Positions 20,555-30,546 are shown, numbered from the stretch's first letter. The stretch: DNA of 64,000 nucleotides from an uncultured Clostridia bacterium (GCA_949746675.1 CATKDT010000049.1:1214-65213); one strand, 5' to 3'. Translations and numbers: made by a program. The notes: a model not told the origin generated them from the sequence alone.

Positions 20555-21580
20555 TCATTGAAATGTTCTAAGTCTTAGTTTTTCTTTTATTTTGTATATT
20601 ATACGTAATAGTCTTTTTGCTTTAAACATTAATAATATATAGTTTATTCTTTCATATAAGTTAAGATTTTTATATATTCCTGATAATCCATTATATTCTT
20701 TATAATTCTTTATAATTTCTTCTATTTCATTTATTTCCTTTTTTTTGTTTTCTTGTCTTACTGCATTTGAAATTAATGTTGTATACATTCTAAATCTATT
20801 TTTTTTGTATCTAATATTTGTTAATTTCTCTAACTTATATTTATTTATTATTTCTATTAACTTATTATGATTATATAAATTTTTTGCCAAAGCATCTTCA
20901 GTATATTTATTCAATGCACTAGTTTGATTTCTATAATATTTGTACAAATTCTTGTCTATAATCGTTATATTGTGGGCATTACAATATAATTCTATCAAAA
21001 ACATGAAATCCTCACTTAATTGAATTTTCTCATCGAATGTTATACCAGTATCTTTTAAAAATGATATCTTTATTAGATTTCGCCAAACAGTTCCCCATAT
21101 AATAATATCATCATTCTTTTCTTTTCCAATCATTCTGGCAACCAGTTCTTTTTTTATTTCATCATTATTTAAATTTGTTTTGTTAATTGGTAAACTAATG
21201 TTTTTTTCTGTATTATTATAAACTTCAACATAATTACATATTGAAATATCCGCATTTTCTTCTACTATATTTTTATGCATCTCCTCTAAATAATTTGGCA
21301 TATATTCATCATCACTATCTATAAAAGTTATGTAGTCTCCTGTAGCCTTATATATTCCTATATTCCTTGCAGTTGATACTCCTTTGTTTTTTTGAGTTAT
21401 AACTATCATTTTATTATTTATATTTTCTTGTATTATTTCTAATGATTTATCTGTAGAACCATCATCTATAAATATTGCTTCATAATTTTCATATGTTTGA
21501 CTTTTTATACTTTTTATACATCTCTTAATATACTTTTCTGCATTATATACTGGTATTATAATACTAATCTTATCATTCAT
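20555..21580 (-). CDS. glycosyltransferase family 2
   Basis: IIIPVYNAEKYI...DDGSTD and a DSDD motif. Confidence 0.85.
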   Translation of the reverse strand: MNDKISIIIPVYNAEKYIKRCIKSIKSQTYENYEAIFIDDGSTDKSLEIIQENINNKMIVITQKNKGVSTARNIGIYKATGDYITFIDSDDEYMPNYLEEMHKNIVEENADISICNYVEVYNNTEKNISLPINKTNLNNDEIKKELVARMIGKEKNDDIIIWGTVWRNLIKISFLKDTGITFDEKIQLSEDFMFLIELYCNAHNITIIDKNLYKYYRNQTSALNKYTEDALAKNLYNHNKLIEIINKYKLEKLTNIRYKKNRFRMYTTLISNAVRQENKKKEINEIEEIIKNYKEYNGLSGIYKNLNLYERINYILLMFKAKRLLRIIYKIKEKLRLRTFQ

Positions 21581-22463
21581 ATTTCATAATCCTCCACAAA
21601 ACTGATGGAATATATAACAATATAGAATAAATTTTAGATGGAGTATTTTTTAATATACTTTTTTTGTTTGATATGCATATACTGTTAACATTAATTATTG
21701 TTTTTATTCTATTTTTTATTTTTATAGAAGTTTTATACTTTTTTAAGAATTCATATCTTAATTTAAATAATAACATACTTGTATTAAAGTTTCTCTTCCA
21801 GTTATTGTATATATTTTTTGTTAACCCATCTTCTTGATATTCAGAATAATATATACTATTATCATTGATATATAATAACTTACCTTTTTTTGATAAGTTT
21901 ATATACAATATCTCTTCACTTGCAAAATTCTCACCTTTTATCTCAGGAAAATAGTTGTTTTTTAGTACTTCTGTTTTTAATAAAATTCCTGTTTCTATAT
22001 TTTTATTTATCATATATTTAAAATCTGGTATATCTAACTTTACATTGTTTAAATTAATATTATTATATTTTTTTTCAATTCCGTTTCTCGGAAAAAAGAC
22101 TCCTAAAGTTTTATCGTCCTGTTCTATGTTGCTACCTTTTATATAATTATATAACTTTTCCACTGCTTGTTTATCTAGTATATCGTCACTGTCAACACAT
22201 ATAAAATATTCCGTTTTGCATTCTCTTACGGCTTTATTATGTGCAATATATTTTCCAGAATTTTCTTGATATATATATTCTATTTCAATTTCATTTTGTT
22301 CTTTTAGTAATCCTATATATTTATCAGTTTCATCATTCGAGCCATCATCTATAATAAGCCATACAAAATTTTTATTTATTTGTTGCCTTAACGAATTATA
22401 TAGTCTTACTAACAGATCTTTTCTGTTAAATGTTGGTGTAAATATCGTTATTTTGTTTTTCAT
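21573..22463 (-). CDS. glycosyltransferase family 2
   Basis: IFTPTFNR...IDDGSND and a DSDD motif. Confidence 0.85.
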   Translation of the reverse strand: MKNKITIFTPTFNRKDLLVRLYNSLRQQINKNFVWLIIDDGSNDETDKYIGLLKEQNEIEIEYIYQENSGKYIAHNKAVRECKTEYFICVDSDDILDKQAVEKLYNYIKGSNIEQDDKTLGVFFPRNGIEKKYNNINLNNVKLDIPDFKYMINKNIETGILLKTEVLKNNYFPEIKGENFASEEILYINLSKKGKLLYINDNSIYYSEYQEDGLTKNIYNNWKRNFNTSMLLFKLRYEFLKKYKTSIKIKNRIKTIINVNSICISNKKSILKNTPSKIYSILLYIPSVLWRIMKYE

Positions 22464-23526
22464 CTTTATTCACCTCAATATTATTAAATAGTGGAATTGC
22501 TAATAAAATTAATGATATATTCATTGATATGCTTGGAAAATAACTTTCTGTTAAACATGTTATATTAAAAAATAATAGTAACATCAGCTCCTTATTCATT
22601 TTTTTCTTGTATAAACTTCTACTCGTTTTTATTTCTAAAATACTTATTATTACAAAAGCAATAATTCCTCCCTCATATAAAAGAGAGATGTATCCATTAT
22701 CAATATTTACATATTTGTTTACTTCTGTAGTTCCAATAATACCTGGTCTCACTTTAGTAAGAATTGTATTATTATATTCTATTCTTCCAGAAAGAATAGA
22801 ATCTATTTTGTTAATAAATTCAATTTTTCCAAACATTAAACTTATAAATATAGTAATTAAAAATAAATATATATATGCATTTTTAGAAAACCATAATATA
22901 ATTTTTTTCATAATTCCTATATGCTTTTCTAAAAACACAATAATTAAGCACATAATTACAACCCAGTATCCTGTTCTTGAATATGTATATGAATACATAA
23001 TATAGTTTAATACTGCTATTGCTCCAATACTAAAAATATTAATCTTTTCATAATATAAATATAAATATAATATAGCTATTATCATAAACATTGCATGTGT
23101 TTCATTTGGATGTGAGTATCCAAATGTTTGTCTATTTAAAAATTGTCCATCTCTATAAAATAAAAATTGTGTATTCTCTATTATTCCAATAGAAGAACCC
23201 AAAATCATCATAACAAAAGTTATAATTTTTGCATAAAATACTACCTTTATTATATGCTTTAAATCTACATTTTTTAATCCACATAAAGTGATAACAGTAA
23301 ATAAAATTGTAGTAGTTTTCCCTATTAAATAGTCTAATATACCTATAGACAATAAACTAACCATTACTGCAATTTCTTTTTTAGAATACTTTTCCTTAAT
23401 TACTTTGTTAAATAAAATTATGCATCCAAATCCAAATGCAACTATATAAAATTTACTGCCTGCATTAAATCCTAATCCTTTTAGAACTGTTATTATTACT
23501 ATATAAATATCTATTATTTTTATCAT
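22426..23526 (-). CDS. Wzy-type repeat-unit polymerase / O-antigen ligase-like membrane protein
   Basis: 366 aa, ~10 TM helices. Sits between the GTs in a Wzx-containing locus. Confidence 0.6.
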   Translation of the reverse strand: MIKIIDIYIVIITVLKGLGFNAGSKFYIVAFGFGCIILFNKVIKEKYSKKEIAVMVSLLSIGILDYLIGKTTTILFTVITLCGLKNVDLKHIIKVVFYAKIITFVMMILGSSIGIIENTQFLFYRDGQFLNRQTFGYSHPNETHAMFMIIAILYLYLYYEKINIFSIGAIAVLNYIMYSYTYSRTGYWVVIMCLIIVFLEKHIGIMKKIILWFSKNAYIYLFLITIFISLMFGKIEFINKIDSILSGRIEYNNTILTKVRPGIIGTTEVNKYVNIDNGYISLLYEGGIIAFVIISILEIKTSRSLYKKKMNKELMLLLFFNITCLTESYFPSISMNISLILLAIPLFNNIEVNKDEKQNNDIYTNI

Positions 23527-24230
23527 TTTATCTTCAGCACCTTTTTAATAAATTGTTTTGTAGGAATTAAATAATATCCTATTTTTCTTATAATTTTATT
23601 GTTTGATTTCCAGCTTGCTGTATAATGATGTATTGAATATGTGTTTTGTGTTATTTTCAACTTGTTTGTCCCCATAACTTTTGGGCAGAAATATTCAATT
23701 GTATATATTATCATTCCATTAATATTTTGGATTTCATTAATTTCTTTCATTCCTTTTTCTTTTAATAATTTACTTGTTACTTCTACACATATTATTTTTC
23801 TAAAGTTTCCATTTTTATCTCTTGGATCATAAGTTTCATAATATTCTTTATTTTCTTTTATAATCGGATTGCCTTTTTTAGCTCCAAATCCTAATCCTGT
23901 CGCAACCTTTCCAACTTGCTCCATTCCCATATATCCATCACAATTTAACAATTCATCTAATGGCTTTAGTAGTTCAACATCTGTATCTAAATATATTCCA
24001 CCTTCATTATATATAACATCTAATCTCACATAATCTGTTAAGAATGCATATTTTTTATTTTCATAAGTATATTTTACATATTGATTTTTATTTATATCAT
24101 AATTATTTTCATTCCATTGTATTATCTCATAATCAGGACAATATTTTTTCCAGCTTTCTATACATTTTTTTGCTTCATTTGGAAGTTCTTTTCCTCCAAA
24201 CCAACAATAATGTATTTTCTTTGGTATCAT
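23523..24230 (-). CDS. glycosyltransferase (GT32-like, DXD sugar-binding region)
   Basis: IPKKIHYCWFGG...WNENNYD, the Gly_transf_sug signature. Confidence 0.7.
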   Translation of the reverse strand: MIPKKIHYCWFGGKELPNEAKKCIESWKKYCPDYEIIQWNENNYDINKNQYVKYTYENKKYAFLTDYVRLDVIYNEGGIYLDTDVELLKPLDELLNCDGYMGMEQVGKVATGLGFGAKKGNPIIKENKEYYETYDPRDKNGNFRKIICVEVTSKLLKEKGMKEINEIQNINGMIIYTIEYFCPKVMGTNKLKITQNTYSIHHYTASWKSNNKIIRKIGYYLIPTKQFIKKVLKIK

Positions 24231-24244
24231 AATTATTCTCCTTT

Positions 24245-24739
24245 TTAAAACAATTCTTCTACTTCCATCTTTAGTTTCTCTATAAATCTCTCATTATTGC
24301 TTTGTAAGTTTTGTGACATAACTTCTATCTTTTTATCATAATTTAAAATACTATCAATAATTTCTTCTTCCGTTTTAGCGACTATTATATTGTTCATTCT
24401 TTCTCTAACAGCTTCTGTAAATTCAACTTGATGGTCATTAACATGTTCGCTATATTCTAATTTACGTGGCACAACAATTGGAATTTTTCCTATTGTTAGT
24501 GGCATAATAAAGCTTGCTGGGCCACCATGTGTAATTATAATTCTGGCTTCCCTAATATATTTTTGCATAGCTTCATATGAAATTAATTTGTAACTTTCAC
24601 AGTTTTTGGGTTCATATTCTGTATATCCCTTTTGAATTATAACTTTTTCATTTATCTTATTTTCTGCAACCATTTTATCAATACATTTTAATAATCTATC
24701 AAATGGTTGCTCGTGAGTACCTACTGTAACAAAAATCAT
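24245..24739 (-). CDS. Alg13-like (Glyco_tran_28_C) glycosyltransferase subunit
   Basis: MIFVTVGT start. 164 aa. Confidence 0.75.
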   Translation of the reverse strand: MIFVTVGTHEQPFDRLLKCIDKMVAENKINEKVIIQKGYTEYEPKNCESYKLISYEAMQKYIREARIIITHGGPASFIMPLTIGKIPIVVPRKLEYSEHVNDHQVEFTEAVRERMNNIIVAKTEEEIIDSILNYDKKIEVMSQNLQSNNERFIEKLKMEVEELF

Positions 24740-24756
24740 AATTGCTCCTTTATTTT

Positions 24757-25230
24757 TTAAAATATACTTCCTAAATTTATTGCTTTTTTATATACTTTCT
24801 TCATCTCTTCCCATTGTACAATAAACTTGTCTGTTACTGGATATACTAACTTACCTGTAAGAGTCGATTTATCTATTCTATCAAATACTTCTATATATAC
24901 TGTTTTTGCTTTCATTAATTTTCCAATATAAAAAAATGGTACTGCAACTGCTGCTCCCGCAGATATTATTAAGTCTGGTTTCTCTTTTTTTAAAACTTTA
25001 ATTGCTAAAAATGTATTTTTAATTAAGTTTTTTATATTTCTATTTGTAGGAAAATAGCACTTGTATACTTTTTCATCTTTTAATAAACTTCTTGCATCTT
25101 CTTTATCAAAAGTAACCCAAAATCTATCGTTTTCTTCCCATAATGGTTTAAGCATATACAAATGAGCTAGATGTCCTCCTGAAGAACCCACTAAACAAAT
25201 TTTAAAATCCTTTATAGGTTTTCTTGACAT
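24757..25230 (-). CDS. Alg14-like glycosyltransferase subunit
   Basis: ICLVGSSGGH motif. 157 aa. Paired with the Alg13-like gene. Confidence 0.75.
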   Translation of the reverse strand: MSRKPIKDFKICLVGSSGGHLAHLYMLKPLWEENDRFWVTFDKEDARSLLKDEKVYKCYFPTNRNIKNLIKNTFLAIKVLKKEKPDLIISAGAAVAVPFFYIGKLMKAKTVYIEVFDRIDKSTLTGKLVYPVTDKFIVQWEEMKKVYKKAINLGSIF

Positions 25231-25268
25231 ATTCTTTCTCCTTATGCATCTATTAATATATTAAATTT

Positions 25269-26393
25269 CTACTCTCCATCTCCCTCATGGTATCCTGTCT
25301 TTGTTTCAATACTATTGCTTATTGTCTTTATCTCATCAGGAACAATATATTCTTGATTATCAAATACCTCTTTATGTAACCTTTCAACATTACTCTCAAG
25401 TGTACAAGGTATACCATACCATGCATCTAAAGTCTTGCCTTTTGTGTCATAAGGGAAACCTATTCCCTCGCCAAAACTTACTTTTATAGCAGTTGGTATT
25501 AGTGATAAAATATCATTTGTTGATATATTAGTTTTTACATAAGGTAATACTGAGTTTGCTAATGTTTTTAATTGTGATAAACTTTGTGTTTTAGCCTTGG
25601 CAACAATAGCCTCAATAACTGCTCTTGTTCTTTCTGCCCTTCTGTAATCTCCAGCGTCTTTTCTGATACGAGCATAAGTTACAGCTTGTACACCATCAAC
25701 AGTTTGCTCTCCAGATCTTGTTATATATTTTGCCTTTTTTCCAGCAACTCTAGCGGTTTCAGCAATGTATTCATTTATGTAATTTATTTCTGATTGTTTT
25801 ATGTTAAGTGTTACTCCTCCTAATTGGTCTACTGCTGTTGCAACTGCTTGAAAATTTACTGCTACATATTCTTTTATGTTTAAATCTAAATTTGTATTAA
25901 GTGCTAATAATGCATTTTGTGGTCCACCATAAGCATAAGCATGTGTTATCTTATCTAATCTATTTTTACCTTTTTCTTTTATTTGTAAATATGTGTCTCT
26001 ATATACAGAAATAAGCTTTACCTCGTTTGTCTTTTCATTTATACTTGCTATTACTATACAATCACTTCTGTTTCCTGATCCATAGTCATTTTCTCTACTA
26101 TCTATTCCAAGTAAAGCTATATTTCTGTAGCCTTTTAAGTTCTTTTCTGATACTGTATCTATCCCTATCTGTGAGGTATCAATCGCTTCATGATTTATCT
26201 TTCCTAGAATTTCTTCAACAAAATTCCATCCACCTGCAATTACACCTGCAACTATTATTAGCAATATAATTAATATCAATAATATAGCTTTTGTGACTCT
26301 ATGTCCTTTGTATCTTTTATTTTTCTTTTTAGATTTTTTACCTTTTTTTGACATATACCTCATCCCTTTCGCTTTGCTCAAGACACACCTCAA
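25269..26393 (-). CDS. LytR-CpsA-Psr (LCP) family glycopolymer ligase
   Basis: Basic N-terminus, single TM, LCP domain. The true start is probably an internal ATG (MSKKGKK, ~26354). Confidence 0.8.
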   Translation of the reverse strand: MRCVLSKAKGMRYMSKKGKKSKKKNKRYKGHRVTKAILLILIILLIIVAGVIAGGWNFVEEILGKINHEAIDTSQIGIDTVSEKNLKGYRNIALLGIDSRENDYGSGNRSDCIVIASINEKTNEVKLISVYRDTYLQIKEKGKNRLDKITHAYAYGGPQNALLALNTNLDLNIKEYVAVNFQAVATAVDQLGGVTLNIKQSEINYINEYIAETARVAGKKAKYITRSGEQTVDGVQAVTYARIRKDAGDYRRAERTRAVIEAIVAKAKTQSLSQLKTLANSVLPYVKTNISTNDILSLIPTAIKVSFGEGIGFPYDTKGKTLDAWYGIPCTLESNVERLHKEVFDNQEYIVPDEIKTISNSIETKTGYHEGDGE

Positions 26394-26441
26394 AATGAAA
26401 TGTGCCTTTTTCGCCCTTAATTTTGTAATTATGTCACCCTT

Positions 26442-27332
26442 TTATTTCTTATCTTCATTAAAAAATTCATTTATTTGTTTTAATACTTTATATGTATCCT
26501 CACTTATTTCTTTTGATGAATTTTTAGTTTTTTTAACACTTATATTTTTGAATAAGTCATCTGATTCTTTATCTAAAAAGGTTGATGGCATTGCTGCTGT
26601 CCTTTTAGGAACATATTTAGTTTTATCTTGTTTGTCCTTTGAGTTATAATAATATGCTTGTTCATATTCTCTAGATTCCATTGGCATCTTATTTAATATA
26701 ACCCCTAATATTTTTCCACCAACATTTTCAATATTAGTAATAATTCTTTTTAATCCTTCTTTTTTAGTTTCTTCATGTGCTGTAACTATAAGTGTAAAAT
26801 CAACTATTCTTGATAATATTAACGAATCTGTTACTAATTGACTTGGTGTTCCATCTATTATAACTATATCACAAACTTCTTTTGCTATATCTAATAACTC
26901 AGTCATTTGTGGTAATATTAACAACTCTGATGGATTTGGTGGTACACTTCCTGATGCTATTAAATACAAGTTTTTTACTGATGTCTTTTGTATATATGAT
27001 GTTATATCTTTATTTATAATTCTATTTCCATCATCATCTACATTTGATAGATAATTAGAAAGTCCTGGCTTTTGTGATACTTTAAATATATTACTTTGCC
27101 TTCCTTTTCTCATATCAGCATCTATAAGTAAAACTCTTTTACCAGCTTGTGCAAATGCAACTGCTAAATTAGATGATATCCAACTTTTTCCTTCTTCTGC
27201 ATATGCTGATGTAATAAGTATTAGTTTTGCTTCTTGCTTTGCATCCATAAATTGTATATTTGTTCTTATTGTTCTAAATATCTCAGAAATTGGTGATTTT
27301 GGATCTTTTAATACTATTAAATCTTGTGTCAT
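26442..27332 (-). CDS. BY-kinase (second copy)
   Basis: Walker A AEEGKSW and a C-terminal Y-rich region. Confidence 0.9.
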   Translation of the reverse strand: MTQDLIVLKDPKSPISEIFRTIRTNIQFMDAKQEAKLILITSAYAEEGKSWISSNLAVAFAQAGKRVLLIDADMRKGRQSNIFKVSQKPGLSNYLSNVDDDGNRIINKDITSYIQKTSVKNLYLIASGSVPPNPSELLILPQMTELLDIAKEVCDIVIIDGTPSQLVTDSLILSRIVDFTLIVTAHEETKKEGLKRIITNIENVGGKILGVILNKMPMESREYEQAYYYNSKDKQDKTKYVPKRTAAMPSTFLDKESDDLFKNISVKKTKNSSKEISEDTYKVLKQINEFFNEDKK

Positions 27333-28052
27333 TTATTTTCTTCCTCTTTTCTTAGATTTTTTTGTATTTCCTTCACAAATTGGTATTGTTGCCAATACAG
27401 GTTTATGATATATTCTTTCTACATCTTCTATTGTTTTTATTGTAGTATCAAACATATTTAAAACTACAACATAACCTATAGAGATAATTATTCCTACTCC
27501 TGTAAATATTAGCATATTTTTCTTTTTATTTACATTTGATGGGGAATTATTAGGCTCAGCTTTATCTACTACTTGCACATTTTCTATTTTATATAATTCT
27601 TCTTGCATTTCTTTTATGAATATACTTGCTATCTCATTTGCTATATCTGCTGCAAGTTTTGGATCAGAATTTGTTACTGTTATTTCTATTAATTCTGTAT
27701 CATTAATTACGTTAACTCGTATATTTCTTTTTAGTACATCTTCATTAATATCAATATGTAAATTAGCTATTGCTGGTCTTAGTATTCTTTTACTTTTTAT
27801 TAATTCTCTATAAGTTGACACCAGTTTTGAATTTACTCTTATTTCCATTTCTGTTGATGATTCAATACTTCCTGACATGTTGTCATTATTTGATGATGCC
27901 AACAACAAACTTGTTGATGCACTATATACTGGCTTTACGAATTTAGTTATATATATTAATCCTATAATCATAAATAATAATATGATTATTGCTATCTGTA
28001 TTTTTTTGCTCCAAAATATTTTGAATAATTCCATTAAATCTATTTCTTCCAT
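27333..28052 (-). CDS. Wzz/CpsC chain-length determinant (second copy)
   Basis: 2 TM helices. Abuts the kinase. Confidence 0.8.
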   Translation of the reverse strand: MEEIDLMELFKIFWSKKIQIAIIILLFMIIGLIYITKFVKPVYSASTSLLLASSNNDNMSGSIESSTEMEIRVNSKLVSTYRELIKSKRILRPAIANLHIDINEDVLKRNIRVNVINDTELIEITVTNSDPKLAADIANEIASIFIKEMQEELYKIENVQVVDKAEPNNSPSNVNKKKNMLIFTGVGIIISIGYVVVLNMFDTTIKTIEDVERIYHKPVLATIPICEGNTKKSKKRGRK

Positions 28053-28170
28053 TGTTCTACCCTTCTATTATTATATTATTGTTTATAAATATTATCATTA
28101 TTCCTTTAAAAATGTCAAATTTTGTATTTATGTAAACTCTTAATTTGTGCTATTTGTTTATATTCTATTA

Positions 28171-28200
28171 TTTTTCAATATTTTTCAACATTTTTCACTA
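28171..28200 (-). promoter_or_regulatory. three exact-phase (10 bp) direct repeats TTTTTCAAYA (minus: TGAAAAA x3) in divergent EPS promoter region
   Basis: tttttcaata tttttcaaca tttttcacta at 28171, 28181 and 28191. Confidence 0.4.
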
Positions 28201-28316
28201 TAAACTTTTTAGATTATATATCTTTTATAATAAAAATTCAATAAATTTACTTCTAGTTCTTGTAAATTTTTTTTATTTATTTTATAATAGAGTATATTAA
28301 TTTAAGGAGGAAACAA

Positions 28317-30458
28317 ATGAATAACGAAAATAATGATGATTTTTTACCAGGTGTTGGTCCTATAGATAATAATATTCCTAGTTCACCTGATAACTTTGAC
28401 CCTAATATGAATGGTGGTTTTGATCCCAATATAAATGTTAATAACTTTGACCTTAATATGAATGCTGGTGTCGACCCTAATATAAATAATAATAACTTTG
28501 ATCCTAATATGAATGCTAATAATTTTGATCCTAATACAAATCTTGGTTTCAATCCTAATGTAAATAATTTCGATCCTAACATGATGCAAAATCAGTTTGA
28601 CCCAAACATGGGACAAGCTCCTTTTGATATGAATCAAAATCCTAGTATGGATCCAAATATGGTACAACCACCTTTTGATATGAACCAAAATTTTAATATG
28701 GATCAAACTCAATTTGACCCTAATATGAATGCTAACAATTTTGATCCTAATGTAAATAATAACTTTGACCCTAATGCAAATAATTTCGATCCTAACATGA
28801 TGCAAAATCAATTTGACCCAAACATGGAACAAGCTCCTTTCGATATGAATCAAACTCCTAACACGGATCCAAATATGATACAATCTCCTTTTGATATGAA
28901 CCAAAACCTTAATATGGATCAAAATCAATTTGACCCTAATATAATTAATAATAACTTTGATCCTAATATGAATCTTGGTTTCGATCCTAATGTAAATAAT
29001 AACTTTGACCCTAATGCAAATAATCTCGATCCTAACATGATGCAAAATCAATTTGACCCAAAGATTGGACAAGCTCCTTTTGATATGAATCAAAATCCTA
29101 ACATGGATCCAAATATGGTACAACCACCTTTTGATATGAGCCAAAACATTAATATGGATCAAAACCAATTTACTCCTAATATGAACAGTGAATTTAATCC
29201 TGATGTGAATAATAATTTTGAACAGGACACTATTTCTTCTAATTATGCTGAGGATTTTGAAAGAAATTGGATGGGATCAATCTATGATAAAGCACATTCT
29301 AAGAAGTTTAACTTCTGTGCCGCATTTTTTGGACCAGCATATCTATTTTATAGAAAAGTATATCTTACAGGTGGTTTAACAGCATTAATACTTATTATTA
29401 TAAACATTATAATTTCATTATTAAAATTAAATAATGTAGGACTTATTCTAGGAATTAATGCCATTATTATGTTAATATATTTCTTTGGCTTAGGATTTGG
29501 ATTTTACCCTATTTATAGAGATTTTGTACACAAACAATTTAATAAATATAAAAAACAAATTCCTGATAATAACCAACTAATTGCACTTGCAAACAAAAAA
29601 GGTGGTACTTCAATTTTAGCTTTAATAGTTTATTACATTGCTAATTCTGTTGTAGTTACCATTATGGTATATGCAATGTTTGCCTCACTGATGTCTGATT
29701 TATTTGGTAAATTACCTCCTCAATCAAACATTACTAGCAATAATAATATTGAAAATAACACTAATGTTATATCTAATGAAACTCAAGATGAAGCAACATT
29801 CTCATTTACAGATGGTTATGAATTAATATATCCAGATAGTACTTGGGTTGTTGGAGCTGATAAAAAATCATTAATTAAGGGTGCCTATACACTAACATAT
29901 ACTGTATCATATAAAGCAAGTGATCTAGGTGTTACTGATATGTCTACTGCTGAGGGACGATCATCTATATTATCAATTATTAATAACTCAGTAACTAGCT
30001 TAGCCACTACTAATAATCTTCAAATGGATCCTAACGATAACTTTGTATCTTCTAATGGAACTTATTATACTTATATTAATTTATCAAGTGATACAGAAAC
30101 TACACGTTATTACTTTGTTCTTCTACCAGCTGAAGAAACATTGTTCCAATTTGAACTAAAAATAAATGATACAACAGTTCAGTCAGATACTCATTTAGAG
30201 ATTACTAAAATTTTAACAAAAATTTCTAATACTTCTTCTGCTAATAACTTACCTAATGGAAATACAGTTACCGATAATACAATTACAAATGATACAGTTA
30301 CTGATAACTCAACTACAAATAACACAGTAACAGGAGACAATAATGCTGTTTCAAATAACATTACATCAAATGAAGTTAATAATATGGTTTCAGAAAATAA
30401 TACTACAACACCAAATAATACTTCTATATCAAATGTTCTTAGAAACACAAGTATATAA
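28317..30458 (+). CDS. Asn/Pro/Met-rich tandem-repeat membrane protein with central 2-TM (DUF2628-like) segment and Thr/Asn-rich C-terminal extracytoplasmic domain
   Basis: AGGAGG SD. ~35 copies of FDPN(M/V)N arranged in three ~72-80-aa super-repeats. The TM segment contains FNFCAAFFGPAYLFYRK. Confidence 0.7.
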   Translation: MNNENNDDFLPGVGPIDNNIPSSPDNFDPNMNGGFDPNINVNNFDLNMNAGVDPNINNNNFDPNMNANNFDPNTNLGFNPNVNNFDPNMMQNQFDPNMGQAPFDMNQNPSMDPNMVQPPFDMNQNFNMDQTQFDPNMNANNFDPNVNNNFDPNANNFDPNMMQNQFDPNMEQAPFDMNQTPNTDPNMIQSPFDMNQNLNMDQNQFDPNIINNNFDPNMNLGFDPNVNNNFDPNANNLDPNMMQNQFDPKIGQAPFDMNQNPNMDPNMVQPPFDMSQNINMDQNQFTPNMNSEFNPDVNNNFEQDTISSNYAEDFERNWMGSIYDKAHSKKFNFCAAFFGPAYLFYRKVYLTGGLTALILIIINIIISLLKLNNVGLILGINAIIMLIYFFGLGFGFYPIYRDFVHKQFNKYKKQIPDNNQLIALANKKGGTSILALIVYYIANSVVVTIMVYAMFASLMSDLFGKLPPQSNITSNNNIENNTNVISNETQDEATFSFTDGYELIYPDSTWVVGADKKSLIKGAYTLTYTVSYKASDLGVTDMSTAEGRSSILSIINNSVTSLATTNNLQMDPNDNFVSSNGTYYTYINLSSDTETTRYYFVLLPAEETLFQFELKINDTTVQSDTHLEITKILTKISNTSSANNLPNGNTVTDNTITNDTVTDNSTTNNTVTGDNNAVSNNITSNEVNNMVSENNTTTPNNTSISNVLRNTSI
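28389..29217 (+). repeat. in-frame tandem DNA repeats (~216-240 bp unit x3, built from an 18-bp FDPNMN sub-repeat)
   Basis: Near-identical blocks begin at 28563, 28779 and 29019. Confidence 0.8.
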
Positions 30459-30463
30459 AATTT

Positions 30464-30489
30464 AAGAGAACTTACTATGAAGTTCTCTT
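30464..30489 (+). terminator. terminator hairpin (aagagaactt/aagttctctt)
   Basis: 10-bp stem followed by a weak T-tract. Confidence 0.4.
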
Positions 30490-30546
30490 TATTTATAAGA
30501 AAGTAACTTTGTTATCATTTAAGTAAACTTTCTCATTATATAAAAA

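Noticed and set aside
28277-29168. Minus-strand ORFs 28277..28582 (ILGSKL repeats) and 28383..29168 (IHIRVK repeats)
   Set aside because: They are antisense shadows of the FDPNMN tandem-repeat coding region. They are low-complexity, have no SD, and the sense ORF is complete with a strong RBS.
28389-29217. Possible CRISPR array (regular ~216-240 bp periodicity)
   Set aside because: The repeats are in-frame coding repeats with a sub-period of 18 bp. There is no spacer/repeat architecture, no leader and no cas genes.
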